Source of the DNA: Candidatus Moraniibacteriota bacterium
Lineage (GTDB): Bacteria > Patescibacteriota > Minisyncoccia > Moranbacterales > UBA1568
NCBI GenBank assembly: GCA_052035095.1
Contig: JBPOHW010000007.1
Coordinates: 65,705 to 129,704 of the forward strand
Direction of reading: 5' to 3'
DNA length: 64,000 nt
In this document: one piece after another, positions 19,974 to 31,449 of the stretch
How the letters are laid out: every line of letters begins with the position of its first letter
Position numbering within the stretch: position 1 is the first letter of the stretch
Made by a program: the position numbers and the translations under genes
Notes under the pieces: model-generated
Told to the model about the DNA's origin: nothing
Database searches by the model: none
The model's input: the letters and a program-made list of their open reading frames with translations, nothing else

Positions 19974-20624
19974 ATGAATATCCAGTACTACGGCGATTTT
20001 TGTTTCAAAATAACCACCAAGCCCGGCGGTCGCGCGACAGACGATATCGTCATCGTCATCGACCCCTGTGAAAAGGATACGGGACTTCGCGCGCCACAGG
20101 GACAAATCGACCTTGTTCTCAAGACGCATTCAAGTGAGAAAGATCGCGACCTCCCCGAAGAAACAAACCTTTTTGACTGCCCGGGCGAATACGATGTGCG
20201 TGGCATTCCCATTTTCGGTCTCCCGTCTTTTCGCGATGAGGAATCCGGCGCGCTCCGCGGGAAAAACACCCTCTTTACGCTCCAAAGCGAAGACATCGTC
20301 CTCTGTCATTTGGGCGCATTGGGACACGAGCTCTCCTTGAACACCATCGAAAAACTCGGCCATATCGACATTCTCTTTGTTCCGGTCGGAAACAAAGACA
20401 CGCTTGCTATCAAGCATCTCGACGAACTCGTTCGAAAAATAGAGCCGGCCATCGTCATTCCCATGCACTACAAATTTCCCGGATTCGAGACCGAGAGCGA
20501 AGATGAAAAAGAATTCTGCAAGCACGTCGGCAATTGCCCGGAAACATCACTTCCAAAGCTCACACTCAAAAAGAAAGACCTGGAAGGAAAAAATATGGAG
20601 GTCGTGATCCTTGAACGGGCATAG
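19974..20624 (+). CDS. MBL-fold metallo-hydrolase (degenerate motifs)
   Basis: IQYYG..CF, IDP, PGEYDV.G, CHLG, IDILFVPVG, IVIPMHY. Confidence 0.82.
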   Translation: MNIQYYGDFCFKITTKPGGRATDDIVIVIDPCEKDTGLRAPQGQIDLVLKTHSSEKDRDLPEETNLFDCPGEYDVRGIPIFGLPSFRDEESGALRGKNTLFTLQSEDIVLCHLGALGHELSLNTIEKLGHIDILFVPVGNKDTLAIKHLDELVRKIEPAIVIPMHYKFPGFETESEDEKEFCKHVGNCPETSLPKLTLKKKDLEGKNMEVVILERA

Positions 20625-20810
20625 AGCGTGTTGAAAAAGCATCAAAGCGGAACATCTTGCGCAAAGTTTTTTGGGGAAAATTGTTTTTTTGCGGCTTTCC
20701 TGCCTTGCCGGCAGGCAGGCGAACGAAGTGGAAGACAAGCAAAAAAATAATTTTTCCCAAAAAACGGACTTTCTTAGTGCGCTCTTGGAAATGTGGTCAT
20801 TTTAACAGCA
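20624..20810. mobile_element. MITE-like palindromic element with a nested cctgcc..ggcagg repeat
   Basis: Ends gtgttgaaaa / ttttaacagc; internal imperfect IR ttttttggggaaaattgtttttttgc / gcaaaaaaataatttttcccaaaaaa. Confidence 0.5.
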
Positions 20811-20820
20811 AAACAAAACT

Positions 20821-21261
20821 ATGGCATCTTTCCTTGAGCGCGTGCGGCAAAAACCGGAAGCGACGCGCGTGCGGTACCTTTTTTTCTCGGTTGGAGCCTC
20901 ATTCTTTTTGGTTGCGATCCTCTGGATGTTTTCTCTCAAAACATCCCTCGGATCCCTCATAGAGGGTGAAACCATGGAAACCGTGAAAGAAGGCGTCCGC
21001 GACATCACAAAAGACGTCCCAACCTCACTCGACGCGCTCATAAAAGCAGGGAAGACCCTTCAAGGAGAGGGGGAGGCACTCGAAGATACAAAGCACAGCG
21101 AAGGAATCGAAAGTCTTTTGCCAAACATCGACAATCAGCCTATACCGACAGCTGAAACACCCAAGGAAGAAGCGAAGCCGGTCGAAGATGTTTCACCGGA
21201 AATTCCCAAGGAAGCTCTCCCTCCAAAAGAAAATCAAGATTCTCCTCAATCGAACCCATGA
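20821..21261 (+). CDS. Hypothetical single-TM protein
   Basis: RQKPE..R motif, then a TM and an acidic/Pro tail; abuts gyrA. Confidence 0.75.
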   Translation: MASFLERVRQKPEATRVRYLFFSVGASFFLVAILWMFSLKTSLGSLIEGETMETVKEGVRDITKDVPTSLDALIKAGKTLQGEGEALEDTKHSEGIESLLPNIDNQPIPTAETPKEEAKPVEDVSPEIPKEALPPKENQDSPQSNP

Positions 21262-21264
21262 TCT

Positions 21265-23730
21265 ATGAAAAGAACTGACACAACGCCGCAAACGCCATTT
21301 GAAGAGCACATTCGCCTCCAGCCGATCACGGACGAAGTGCGCAAATCCTACCTCGACTACGCGATGAGTGTCATCGTGGCGCGCGCGCTTCCCGATGTGC
21401 GCGACGGCTTGAAACCGGTGCACCGCCGCATTCTCTATTCCATGTGGTCAACGGGGCTCAAAGCAAGCGCCAAATTCCGCAAATCCGCAACCGTCGTCGG
21501 GGAAGTCCTCGGCAAATACCACCCGCACGGCGACACCGCCGTCTATGACACCATGGTCCGCATGGCGCAGGACTTCTCCCTCCGCTATCCGCTCGTCTGG
21601 GGACAGGGAAACTTCGGCTCGATGGATGGCGACAGCCCCGCCGCCTACCGCTACACCGAGGCCAAACTCGCCCCAATCGCCGAAGAAATGCTCTTCGATA
21701 TTGAGAAAGACACGGTAGACTTTGTGCCCAATTTTGACGGCGTTCACAAAGAACCGGTCGTCCTCCCGGCAAAACTCCCGCAACTCCTCGCGAACGGAAC
21801 CGTCGGCATCGCGGTCGGTATGGCGACCAATATCCCACCACACAATCTCTCCGAACTCATCGACGGCATCGCGCATCTCATCGAAAATCCCGAGGCAAGC
21901 ACCGAAGACCTCCTCAAATTCATCAAGGGTCCCGACTTCCCGACGGGCGGCAGTATTTACAATTACAAAGACATTCGTGAAGCCTACGCGACCGGTCGCG
22001 GCAAAATCACGACCCGCGCCAAAGCCGAAATCATCGAAACCAAAGCCGGCGCCTTCCAAATCATCGCGACCGAAATCACCTACATGACCAACAAGGCGAC
22101 CCTGATCCAAAAGATCGCCGAACTGGTCAAAGATGGCAAACTCCAGGGCATCAAGGATCTTCGCGACGAATCCGACAAAGACGGCGTCCGCATCGTGATC
22201 GACCTCAAAAAAGAAGCCTTTCCGCAAAAGGTGCTCAACAAACTCTACTCGCTCACCGACTTCCAGAAAAACTTCAACATGAATATGTTGGCGCTGGTGA
22301 ATGGCATCGAGCCGCAAGTCTTGAATCTCAAGTCCATTCTCGAGCATTTCATCGCGCACCGCGAGATCGTGGTCACTCGTCGCACCCGATTTGAACTCCA
22401 AAAAGCCAAGGATCGCGCGCATATCCTCGAAGGGCTCAAAACCGCGCTCGATCACATAGACGAAGTCATTGCCGTCATCAAGAAATCCCCCGACAAAGAA
22501 ACGGCCAAGACGCGCCTTATGAAAAGCTTCGGGCTTTCAAGCGCGCAAACCGATGCCATTTTGGAGATGCGCCTCCAGACACTCTCGGGACTGGAACGGA
22601 AAAAAATAGAAGACGAGCTCGCCGAAAAACGCAAACTCATCGCGTACCTCGAAGATCTCCTCGGAAGCCGCGCCAAAATCCTGAAGCTCGTCAAAACCGA
22701 ACTCCTCGATCTTCGCGAAAAATACGGCGACGCTCGCAAAACCAAGGTAGTCCGTTCCGCAATCGGAGAGTTTTCCCAAGAAGACCTTATCCCCAACGAA
22801 GAGGCAATCGTCACACTCTCCGAGGACGGCTATGTGAAGCGGATGAATCCGGACGTCTATCGCGTCCAAAAGCGCGGCGGCAAAGGCGTGATCGGCGCGA
22901 CCACCAAGGAAGGCGACGCGATCGCCAAGGTGTTGGGCATTATGACCCATGACAACCTCATGTTTTTCACCAATACCGGCAAAGTGTTCCAGACCAAGGC
23001 CTACGAAATCCCCGAATCGTCCCGCACCGCCAAAGGACAAGCGATCGTCAACTTCCTCCAACTCGGAAATGAAGAAAAAATCACCGCCCTCATCGCTTTC
23101 AACAAGGACGACGATTTCAAATACCTCTTTATGGCGACCGAGCAAGGAACCATCAAGAAGTGCAAACTCGAAGAATTCGAAAACGTGCGCCGAAGCGGTC
23201 TCATCGCGATCAATCTCGACAAAGGCGATATGCTGGGCTGGGTCGCGCCCACGACCGGTTCCGATCACATCATCTTTACGACGAGCGAAGGGCAAGCTAT
23301 CCGTTTCAAAGAAAGCGACGTGCGCCCGATGGGGAGGGGCGCCGGCGGCGTCCGCGGCATCAAGCTCTCCGCGAGTGACACCGTCGTCGGTATGAATATC
23401 ATCCGCGCCGAAGGCAAGGACTTCGAACTCGTCATCCTCTCGGGAAACGGCTTCGGCAAGCGCACCGATCTCAAGCACTACAAGCTCCAGCATCGCGGGG
23501 GATCCGGGATGAAGACCGCCAAAGTGACGCCGAAAATCGGCAAACTCGTCGGCGCGCAGGTGATCCACAAAGACGACCTCACCGAATGCGATCTCATCGC
23601 GACCTCCAAGAAGGGAACCATCATTCGCATTCCCCTGAAAAGCGTCCCCCTCCTCTCCCGCGTCACCCAAGGCGTCCGCGTCATGCGCCCGCAAGGAGGC
23701 GACGCCGTCGCGTCATTTACAGTATTATAA
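21265..23730 (+). CDS. gyrA: DNA gyrase subunit A
   Basis: [29 protein letters not shown], GyrA box QKRGGKG. Confidence 0.98.
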   Translation: MKRTDTTPQTPFEEHIRLQPITDEVRKSYLDYAMSVIVARALPDVRDGLKPVHRRILYSMWSTGLKASAKFRKSATVVGEVLGKYHPHGDTAVYDTMVRMAQDFSLRYPLVWGQGNFGSMDGDSPAAYRYTEAKLAPIAEEMLFDIEKDTVDFVPNFDGVHKEPVVLPAKLPQLLANGTVGIAVGMATNIPPHNLSELIDGIAHLIENPEASTEDLLKFIKGPDFPTGGSIYNYKDIREAYATGRGKITTRAKAEIIETKAGAFQIIATEITYMTNKATLIQKIAELVKDGKLQGIKDLRDESDKDGVRIVIDLKKEAFPQKVLNKLYSLTDFQKNFNMNMLALVNGIEPQVLNLKSILEHFIAHREIVVTRRTRFELQKAKDRAHILEGLKTALDHIDEVIAVIKKSPDKETAKTRLMKSFGLSSAQTDAILEMRLQTLSGLERKKIEDELAEKRKLIAYLEDLLGSRAKILKLVKTELLDLREKYGDARKTKVVRSAIGEFSQEDLIPNEEAIVTLSEDGYVKRMNPDVYRVQKRGGKGVIGATTKEGDAIAKVLGIMTHDNLMFFTNTGKVFQTKAYEIPESSRTAKGQAIVNFLQLGNEEKITALIAFNKDDDFKYLFMATEQGTIKKCKLEEFENVRRSGLIAINLDKGDMLGWVAPTTGSDHIIFTTSEGQAIRFKESDVRPMGRGAGGVRGIKLSASDTVVGMNIIRAEGKDFELVILSGNGFGKRTDLKHYKLQHRGGSGMKTAKVTPKIGKLVGAQVIHKDDLTECDLIATSKKGTIIRIPLKSVPLLSRVTQGVRVMRPQGGDAVASFTVL

Positions 23731-23738
23731 ATTTGCAC

Positions 23739-23767
23739 AAAAAGCCTACCCGTGGTAGGCTTTTTTC
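23739..23767 (+). terminator. Terminator after gyrA
   Basis: aaaaagcctacc-cgt-ggtaggcttttt. Confidence 0.75.
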
Positions 23768-23832
23768 ATAATTCATTAGGGGACGAGCCTGGATTGGTTT
23801 ATACGAACGAATCCTGCGCCGTACGAAAAGCT

Positions 23833-24096
23833 ATGTTGACGACGAAGCAGAAGGCGAAAGCGACCAAGGAGGTGAAGCGACACGACAAGGATACCGGGTC
23901 ACCGGAGTATCAGATCGCGATGTTTACCGAGCGAATCAAGAAGCTCACCGATCACCTCAAGAAGAACAAGAAAGACTTCCACTCCCGCCGAGGACTCCTC
24001 AAAATGGTTTCAAAGCGCAAGCGCTTGATGGGCTATCTCCAGAAAACCGACGAGAAAGCCGCCAAGTCCCTCGCCAAGAAACTCAAACTCGCGTAG
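23833..24096 (+). CDS. rpsO: 30S ribosomal protein S15
   Basis: [30 protein letters not shown]. Confidence 0.97.
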   Translation: MLTTKQKAKATKEVKRHDKDTGSPEYQIAMFTERIKKLTDHLKKNKKDFHSRRGLLKMVSKRKRLMGYLQKTDEKAAKSLAKKLKLA

Positions 24097-24192
24097 TTTT
24101 TCCATCCCGCACTTTGCACCCAAGGTACGGGATTGGTTTTTGTAGTTTTGCCTTATTCCTTATTCTTCATTCCTCATTCTCCATTCTATCCT

Positions 24193-24690
24193 ATGGCAAA
24201 ATTCAAAGAACAACGCGTCGGGATGCTCGTTGATGTACAGAATATGTACTACAGCGCGCGCATCCTTTTTAGCAAAAAGGTGAGCTTCAAGAATGTGCTC
24301 CTCGCCGGCACCGCCGACCGGAAACTCATTCGCGCGATCGCCTACGGCATCAAGACGGTCGAAGGCATGGAAGACAAATTTTTCGAAGCGCTCGAAAAGT
24401 CCGGCTTCGAAGTGAAGACCAAAGACCTCCAAATTTTCCCCGATGGCTCCAAGAAGGGTGACTGGGATGTCGGTATCGCGATGGATGCCGTCCGCATGGC
24501 GCGAAACCTCGACGTCATCATCCTCGTCTCGGGCGATGGCGACTATATCCCACTCGTCGAGTATATCCAATCAACCACCGGCTGTCGCGTCGAAGGTATG
24601 GCGTTCAAGGAATCCGCGAGCTCCAAACTCATCGAACAACTCGACGACTTCATCAATCTCTCGGATGATAAGAAACTGTTTTTGATATAG
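24193..24690 (+). CDS. NYN (LabA/DUF88, PIN-like) domain protein
   Basis: VDVQN, KGDWDVGIAMD, LVSGDGDY. Confidence 0.9.
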   Translation: MAKFKEQRVGMLVDVQNMYYSARILFSKKVSFKNVLLAGTADRKLIRAIAYGIKTVEGMEDKFFEALEKSGFEVKTKDLQIFPDGSKKGDWDVGIAMDAVRMARNLDVIILVSGDGDYIPLVEYIQSTTGCRVEGMAFKESASSKLIEQLDDFINLSDDKKLFLI

Positions 24691-24825
24691 GAATCGAAAT
24701 TAACACTCGACTTTTCTTAGAAAACCCCGAACCTTTCGGGGTTTTCTCTTTTCAAAAAACGATGAAGCACATTGACATCACAAAAAACTCATACTACACT
24801 CCGATTTCGACCAAAAATTCTCCGT

Positions 24826-25008
24826 ATGCTCTCCGAAGAACTCCTCACTCTCCTCATCCTCCTTATGAGCGGCGCCGCCATTTCGATGGCGGTTGATTTG
24901 GCGCTCGGCATCCGGTGGCAACGATTCAAAGCCTGGAAATGGCTCGTCCACATCACCACCCTCATCCTCTACGGCACTTTCATCGCCGCGTATATGCTTC
25001 TCCGTTGA
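24826..25008 (+). CDS. Small 2-TM membrane protein
   Basis: 60-aa hydrophobic ORF with host-like codon usage. Confidence 0.6.
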   Translation: MLSEELLTLLILLMSGAAISMAVDLALGIRWQRFKAWKWLVHITTLILYGTFIAAYMLLR

Positions 25009-25081
25009 CAAATTCTGAAAAATTACTATATTTGAAGGTCATTGGAACCGCAATGACTTCTCGACACCCAAGGAGAACTCC

Positions 25082-25249
25082 ATGAAAAACCTGTTCATTT
25101 TACTCTTTATCGTCCTGCTTTGTGGAATCTTTGGTGTTTATATTGAAGAAAATTTTACAAAGCAGCTCTTCTTGACAGTGCTCAACCTATACGTAGCATG
25201 GTTCACCCTCAAGTGCCACCGTATTACGTCTGAATGTCTCGCCGCTTAA
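25082..25249 (+). CDS. Small 2-TM protein (55 aa, MKNLFILLFIVLLCGIFG...)
   Basis: Upstream TTGACA...TATATT promoter-like site and AAGGAG SD; below the ORF-track cutoff. Confidence 0.5.
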   Translation: MKNLFILLFIVLLCGIFGVYIEENFTKQLFLTVLNLYVAWFTLKCHRITSECLAA

Positions 25250-25255
25250 ACAGGG

Positions 25256-26354
25256 TGAGTTCTAGAATTTAATGCCCCTTTTTCTTCTTTCACTTTCCGG
25301 CAACCACTTCCGCAAGCACTTCATTCGGCGTCTTGTATCCGAGACACTTCCTCGGACGATTATTCAACCGTTCCTGAATCTCAAATATCTCCTCATCCGT
25401 CATTGAATCAAACGCACACTTTCTTGGCAAATACTCTCGAATGAGTCCGTTCAGATTTTCCACCCCTCCCTTTTGCCATGAAGCGTACGTATCGCAGAAG
25501 TAGGAAGGAAGATTCAACATCCGTTTTGTTTCTTCATGGAGCACATTCTCGGTGCCATTGTCCCTTGTCATACTTTTGCGAAGAGTCTCCGGTATCTTGG
25601 ATAAATGCCGTTGTATCGCTCGTTCACTCTCATTCGCCGTTTTGTTTTTTGCTTTGGTCAAACGGCAGAGTCGCATCTTCCGTTCGTTCTGCACCGAGAG
25701 TATCGACTCCTGTTGTGAAAAGATCATCGAATCCGTTTCCCAATCTCCGTATCGTTCCCGTTCCCCGATAATCTTGGGTCGCTCCTGAATTGGAACACGG
25801 CTTGGAATGAGGGTTTTCTTTGGTTTCCTGCCAAACCGACGAGTACGAACTTTCTGTTTCCTCCGGAGATATTTGAAGAGTCCCCCCATACGACCGGACC
25901 CGGTATAGATGTACTGATAAATGGTTTCAGCACAGACCGTGCCATCCTTTTCATTCAAGGAATGTTCCCGATCCCGTACCCGCATTCTCCCCGCAATTTG
26001 TTCTGGCGAATGTCCTTCTTCAAGGGAGGTTTCTACAAACTTTTTCAGCTTTCGATGTTTTTCTTTTTCCAATTTTCTCGTATTTGTTTTCTTCGCGTTT
26101 CGATCAGCTATTCCTTGAGCGGAGCGGGCGGTGTAGGGAAGATGCTCGCCGGAGTTTCTTCGAATCTCTCGTTTGATCACCGAGAGATCTCGCTTCAACT
26201 TTTCCGCAATCCAGGTTTTCTTTTTCTTCATGCGTACATACATCTCTATCCGTTCCCGTTCGGGGAATGTTATTCGTTGAATGGGCATACTTTTTCGGTT
26301 GATATGGGTTAAAAACCATAGTATCCGAAAAAGGGGCAATGGGGATAGAATTCA
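25256..26354 (-). mobile_element. IS30-family insertion sequence
   Basis: Imperfect TIRs tgagttcta..tgcccctttttc / tgaattcta..tgcccctttttc (reverse complement); GG on both flanks (2-bp TSD). Confidence 0.8.
25290..26288 (-). CDS. IS30-family DDE transposase
   Basis: REIRRN, SPEQIAG, ETIYQYIY, GDWETD, TRDNGTE, WQKGGVENLNGLIR, LNNRPRKCLGYKTP. Confidence 0.95.
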   Translation of the reverse strand: MPIQRITFPERERIEMYVRMKKKKTWIAEKLKRDLSVIKREIRRNSGEHLPYTARSAQGIADRNAKKTNTRKLEKEKHRKLKKFVETSLEEGHSPEQIAGRMRVRDREHSLNEKDGTVCAETIYQYIYTGSGRMGGLFKYLRRKQKVRTRRFGRKPKKTLIPSRVPIQERPKIIGERERYGDWETDSMIFSQQESILSVQNERKMRLCRLTKAKNKTANESERAIQRHLSKIPETLRKSMTRDNGTENVLHEETKRMLNLPSYFCDTYASWQKGGVENLNGLIREYLPRKCAFDSMTDEEIFEIQERLNNRPRKCLGYKTPNEVLAEVVAGK

Positions 26355-26547
26355 GGCAGTAGCAAGAAAAATTGACTTCCCGCCACAAAAGCCGTACACT
26401 TCGTTTCGAAGGTACGGTTTGTTTTTTTCTTTAACACGCGTCCAAAAGGAGCGAGCCCTCGGCACAGAAGGATTTTTGAATACTGATAAAGGATGTATTC
26501 GATGATTCTTCCGTGTTTAGTGGCTTCTCTGCGGACGAAGAAGATGT

Positions 26548-28656
26548 ATGCAGGAGCAAAAATGGTCCCTCCAGATCGGAGGGCGGGTCCTCGAACTTTC
26601 GACCGGACTCCTTGCCGGGCAGGCAAATGGCGCCGTCAGGGCGCAGTATGGCGATACGGTCGTCCTCGCGACCGCGGTGATGGGCAAAAATCCCTCGAAT
26701 ATCTCGGGGTATTTTCCGCTTCTCGTTGATTACGAGGAACGCTACTACGCGGCGGGAAAAATCAAAGGCTCGCGTTTTATCAAGCGCGAAGGTCGCCCAT
26801 CGGACGACGCCGTCCTCACAGGGCGCGCGGTCGACCGCACCATTCGACCACTCTTCAATCCCCGCATGCGAAACGACGTGCAGGTCATCGTCACGACGCT
26901 TTCCTTCGACAATGAGAATGACCCCGACACCATCGGTATGATTGCCGCCTCCGCCGCTCTCGCCCTCTCCGACATTCCATGGAATGGACCGATCGGCGCG
27001 GTGCGCGTAGGGAAAATCGGCGAAAACTTCATTTTGAATCCGGTCAATGGGGAACGAACCGAGAGCGAATTTGACCTTCTTATCGCCGGCACAAGCGAAA
27101 AAGTGAATATGATGGAAGTTGCCGCCAAAGAAGTGCCGGAAGCGGTGATGGTCAAGGCATTCGCCTTTGGGTTCGAGGCGATCAAAAAGATTGCGAATTT
27201 TATCGAATCCATCCGAAAGGAAGCGGGAAAAGAAAAACTCATCCCAACCCTCCTCGAGGCACCCAAAGAAGTGGAGTCTGACATCCGGACGTGGTTTGAA
27301 GAAAAAGGCCTCGCGCAAGCGCTCTATCTCAAGGGCAAAAAAGAAACGTATGATAAGCTTCGTGAAATCCGCGAGTACGTGGATGCGAAAGTCGCCGAAA
27401 CGTACGCAAGCGTTCCGAAAATCCGCGAAGTGACCGAACAGGTCTTCGAAGAACTCTCCGACGAAATCGTCCATGAGAATATTTTGAAGCACGGGAAGCG
27501 CCCCGATGGACGAACGCTCGCCGAAGTCCGCCCCATCACCTGCCAGGTCGGCATTTTGCCCAGGACGCACGGCACCGGACTCTTCACGCGCGGCGAAACG
27601 CAAGCGCTCACCGTTGCCACCCTCGGCTCCCCGGGCGATGAACAAATTATCGACACGATGGAGGTCGATATGAAGAAGCGCTATATCCATCACTACAACT
27701 TCCCCCCCTATTCCGTCGCGGAAGTAAAGCCGATGCGCGGACCCGGTCGTCGAGAGGTAGGTCACGGCGCCCTCGCTGAAAAAGCGCTCGTGCCGGTACT
27801 CCCCGCCAAAGACGTGTTTCCGTATACCATACTCCTCGTCTCCGAAATCCTCTCTTCAAATGGTTCCTCCTCAATGGCGTCAACTTGCGGCTCGACGCTC
27901 GCTCTTATGGATGCCGGTGTCCCGATTTCCGCGCCGGTTTCAGGTATCGCGATGGGTATTATCGTGGGCGATGAAAAAAATTACAAAGTCTTGACCGATA
28001 TTCAGGGACTCGAAGATCACTACGGCGATATGGATTTCAAAGCGGCGGGAACCGCTATGGGCTTGACTGCCGTCCAGATGGACGTGAAAGTCGATGGCGT
28101 CACACTCGAGATGCTCGAAGCGGTACTCCTCCAAGCAAAAGTTAATCGCGCCGAGATTCTCGAAAAAATGCTCGCAACCCTTCCCACCGCGCGCCCCAAT
28201 CTCTCACCATACGCGCCGCGCATTATCGTCCTCCACATCAATCCGGAGAAAATTCGCGATGTGATCGGACCGGGCGGCAAGATGATTAATCGGATCATTG
28301 ATGAAACCGGTGTCCAGATCGATATCGAAGACGACGGATCAATCTTTGTCACCTCGCCCGACGAGGGAAGCGCCAAAAAAGCCGTTGACTGGATTATGAA
28401 CATCACTCGCGAAGTAAAGCCCGGCGAACTCTTTCAGGGTCGCGTCACGCGCCTGATGAATTTCGGCGCCTTTGTGGAAGTGCTTCCCAATCAAGAGGGA
28501 CTCGTCCATATTTCCGAACTCGCCGATACCAGGGTTGAACGCGTCGAAGATGTCGTCCATGTCGGCGATATGATTCCCGTTATCGTCAAAAACATCGATG
28601 ATCAGGGGCGTATCAATCTCTCACGAAAGGCCGCTCTCGGAAAAACAATCGAATAA
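26548..28656 (+). CDS. pnp: Polyribonucleotide nucleotidyltransferase
   Basis: [39 protein letters not shown] and S1 domains. Confidence 0.98.
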   Translation: MQEQKWSLQIGGRVLELSTGLLAGQANGAVRAQYGDTVVLATAVMGKNPSNISGYFPLLVDYEERYYAAGKIKGSRFIKREGRPSDDAVLTGRAVDRTIRPLFNPRMRNDVQVIVTTLSFDNENDPDTIGMIAASAALALSDIPWNGPIGAVRVGKIGENFILNPVNGERTESEFDLLIAGTSEKVNMMEVAAKEVPEAVMVKAFAFGFEAIKKIANFIESIRKEAGKEKLIPTLLEAPKEVESDIRTWFEEKGLAQALYLKGKKETYDKLREIREYVDAKVAETYASVPKIREVTEQVFEELSDEIVHENILKHGKRPDGRTLAEVRPITCQVGILPRTHGTGLFTRGETQALTVATLGSPGDEQIIDTMEVDMKKRYIHHYNFPPYSVAEVKPMRGPGRREVGHGALAEKALVPVLPAKDVFPYTILLVSEILSSNGSSSMASTCGSTLALMDAGVPISAPVSGIAMGIIVGDEKNYKVLTDIQGLEDHYGDMDFKAAGTAMGLTAVQMDVKVDGVTLEMLEAVLLQAKVNRAEILEKMLATLPTARPNLSPYAPRIIVLHINPEKIRDVIGPGGKMINRIIDETGVQIDIEDDGSIFVTSPDEGSAKKAVDWIMNITREVKPGELFQGRVTRLMNFGAFVEVLPNQEGLVHISELADTRVERVEDVVHVGDMIPVIVKNIDDQGRINLSRKAALGKTIE

Positions 28657-28735
28657 TAGTTCCCTTGAAAGATTTATGATAGAATAGAGAGGCGGATATG
28701 TCCGCCTCTCTTTCTTGTCCGAAAACAAAAATACT

Positions 28736-30139
28736 ATGGGGTTTTTCTCAAGCAAATCGCCTCAAAAAATATCGCCGGACGCGCAGGATACGGTTGACGC
28801 AAAAATCCACGTTATGCAGCACGACCTTGAGGAAGCGCTCAAACGTGGTCACGTAAAGGTAGAGCCGACAACGGAGTCAAAGGAGTCAAAAGGCTCGGCG
28901 CCACTCGCGAAAAGCGACGTCTCAAGCGAAAGTCCGTTTTTACAATCGGATGGATCTGCCTCCAATGCTCTCCCCGACATTTCTCACGCCGTTCATCCCC
29001 AAGAAATTCCATCACCTCTCGCAACACCCTCACGCGAGGCGGATGAGACGCCTTCAGTCGCGCCATTGCATATTCAAGCCCCCCCACCAACGCCAGAAAT
29101 CCGCAAGCTGGAGATATCCCCCGTCATTCAAACGCTAGAATCAGAAATATCAGACTCGTCACTTGCACCAAAACCAGAAAGCGCCCTAAAACAACTCGGA
29201 AGCAATCAAGCGTCACTTAGAACTGGAACGTGGCCAATCGGGCAACCGGAAAAAAAGGGCATTCAACAAAAACCTTCGGCGTCAAAAACGATTCCGAAAA
29301 AAGTATTTATTCGAAGACCGACCACTGATAAGAAGTCTCTCTCGGAGAACATCATCCTCAAGGAACAGTGGGGATGGAAACAATATCTGATTATCATCTT
29401 CATTGTAACCGTCTTGGGTGGCGGCGCGTTTCTTTTCCGAAAAACTCGATTTCCCAATACAGGTTTCTTTGATTTTTCCCTGCCGGAAATTCCAGATATC
29501 AGTCTCAATCCCGCAGCGGAAGAAATTCGGAAAGAACCGGAAGTAAAAAACGACCTTCCATTTTCAACCACCAACACCAATACATTCCTCATCGACGTCG
29601 AAACGGAAAGTGTTTCAACACTTCGAGAAAAACTCCTGCAACAGGCCGAAACCATGCGAAACGCCGATATGAAAGAGCCGATCCCGTTTTCCGTTGTGGA
29701 CAAAACAAACACGCCGATCGCCTTCTTTATCTTTGCCTCCGTTTTCAATCTCGGACTTTCGGGCGATCTCTTAAACAGCCTTGACAATCAATTCACCCTC
29801 TGGCTCTTTCTTGAAGACGAGGCACCGCGACTCGCACTCTCGATTCGCATCAAACACGCTGACAACGCGGCGAAATATCTCTCCGAATCAGAAAAGACCC
29901 TCCCAATCAGTCTCAAGAATATCTTTCTCGCCGAAACACCCCTCGAAAAATCCGATCCAAATTTTGGCGACGGACTCTATCGCGGCGTCCCCGTCCGTTA
30001 TCTCAATTTCCAATCTGAGGAGTCTCTCTCCATCGACTACGGATTCGTTAATACGGAACTCATCCTCGGCACAAGTAGAGACTCGACGCGCGCGGTCATC
30101 GACGCGTTTCTCGATACCAAGTCGGAGGAAAAGTTATAG
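28736..30139 (+). CDS. Hypothetical bitopic membrane protein (disordered N-terminus, TM, extracytoplasmic domain)
   Basis: Long ORF with a single TM (YLIIIFIVTVLGGGAFLF). Confidence 0.75.
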   Translation: MGFFSSKSPQKISPDAQDTVDAKIHVMQHDLEEALKRGHVKVEPTTESKESKGSAPLAKSDVSSESPFLQSDGSASNALPDISHAVHPQEIPSPLATPSREADETPSVAPLHIQAPPPTPEIRKLEISPVIQTLESEISDSSLAPKPESALKQLGSNQASLRTGTWPIGQPEKKGIQQKPSASKTIPKKVFIRRPTTDKKSLSENIILKEQWGWKQYLIIIFIVTVLGGGAFLFRKTRFPNTGFFDFSLPEIPDISLNPAAEEIRKEPEVKNDLPFSTTNTNTFLIDVETESVSTLREKLLQQAETMRNADMKEPIPFSVVDKTNTPIAFFIFASVFNLGLSGDLLNSLDNQFTLWLFLEDEAPRLALSIRIKHADNAAKYLSESEKTLPISLKNIFLAETPLEKSDPNFGDGLYRGVPVRYLNFQSEESLSIDYGFVNTELILGTSRDSTRAVIDAFLDTKSEEKL

Positions 30140-30292
30140 TTTTTTGGCTTACGCTCGCAAAGAAAAAGAGATGGTTCTTTTTTCTTTCGAAAATATTTGA
30201 TCGAATGTCGCAAGAAAACGACGCGCGAAAATTCCAAGCAACTTCCCAAAAAACGCCTTAATACCGCTCGCGAAAAAATAAGAATTCCCTCG

Positions 30293-30321
30293 TTGACCCA
30301 TCACTCATTTCTTGCTATACT
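30293..30321 (+). promoter_or_regulatory. Strong sigma70-type promoter
   Basis: TTGACC-17 nt-TATACT with TGn extension. Confidence 0.65.
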
Positions 30322-30327
30322 GGAAAT

Positions 30328-30915
30328 GTTCTCGATGAAGAAAGTTCCTTAAAAAATTCTCATTCGCCATCAATCGTTGACTCGACCGTCTTTTGTCCTC
30401 CTTCTAAAAATCTCAACCGAGATTTCATCGAATGGTAGCGGGGTTCCCATCGCCATTTGCCCCTATTTGCGATTGGAACCCCCCTACTGTTCCTCTTCCC
30501 GAAAACTCGGGAAGCTCTTCTCTCTCCGAGGAGGAGAACCAAAAAAACAAAAACAAAATTTTCCTGTCGAACAAAAAAATAAAGACAGAAAAATAAAAAG
30601 AAAAAGAAAACAACAGTTCTTTCAAAAAGGAATGCAAAGCATTCCAAAAAATAGGCTATATGCCAAGGACACGGTACGGGCGGCATTCATTCGGAAGAAT
30701 GCTATCAACACAATTATGCGCACAAACTGCGCGAAGTTCTTATTGGATTACTGATGCTCCTCACCCGTGCTAGGTAACCGGAACACGCGTTGGCGCATAG
30801 CCGGACGCCCCTCGTCATATAATATTATATACGGACGCATGTGGCGTCCGGCACCCAACTTTTTCCCAACGAAAACACTTCTCACCAAAAAAAGAAACCC
30901 GAAAGGGTGTTTTTT
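30328..30915 (+). ncRNA. Candidate structured non-coding RNA
   Basis: Promoter, series of hairpins, A-rich linker, terminal accc-gaaa-gggt plus T-run; no convincing ORF. Confidence 0.4.
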
Positions 30916-30969
30916 GTTTGGGAAAAACCTGTTATACTGAAAGGCACTAAAAAACTCGGAAAAACCTCT

Positions 30970-31371
30970 ATGACCCTTCCCATATTTTCCTTTTTTTGTC
31001 GGAAGGACGAACCGATTGGGAAGAAGGGTGAGCAGGTGGCGGCAGAGTATTTGAAGAAAAAGGGCTACAGAATTCTCGAGATGAATTATAAGAATCCCAA
31101 GGGGAAGCAACTCGGGGAAATAGACATTGTGACACGGAAAGGGAAAGACATCGTCTTTGTGGAAGTAAAAACGCGGCGAGGAACGCCGGGAAAAGCCTTT
31201 CCGGAAGACAATCTCACCCCCGGTAAGCTTCATAAACTCGAAAAAATCGCTGCGCACTTCCTTCAATCACACCGTATTCAAGGCACTTCATATCACTTCG
31301 ATGCCGTCACGGTACTCTTTGATGAAAAGAAAACCGCCACCATCCGCCACTTCGAGCACATCTTCACCTGA
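30970..31371 (+). CDS. yraN: YraN family (UPF0102) nuclease-like protein
   Basis: G..GE..AA.YL...GY.IL, GEIDIV, FVEVKTR, FDAV. Confidence 0.9.
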   Translation: MTLPIFSFFCRKDEPIGKKGEQVAAEYLKKKGYRILEMNYKNPKGKQLGEIDIVTRKGKDIVFVEVKTRRGTPGKAFPEDNLTPGKLHKLEKIAAHFLQSHRIQGTSYHFDAVTVLFDEKKTATIRHFEHIFT

Positions 31372-31449
31372 AATTGGACAAACACGTTCTCTCCTCCTAT
31401 ACTTCAAACCATCAACTACTCGATACTAACTACTAACTACTAACTCCCT

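Noticed and set aside
23775-23832. S15 autoregulatory leader RNA
   Set aside because: A ggatt/aatcc stem is present, but I cannot match it to a defined leader family by eye
30377-30754. 125-aa protein-coding ORF
   Set aside because: TTG start without RBS, poly-Lys arising from an A-rich linker, no recognisable motifs; better explained as structured RNA
30810-30840. dif site (atataatattatat palindrome)
   Set aside because: No XerD-arm match (TTATGTTAAAT); it lies within a larger hairpin and near the inferred origin rather than the terminus
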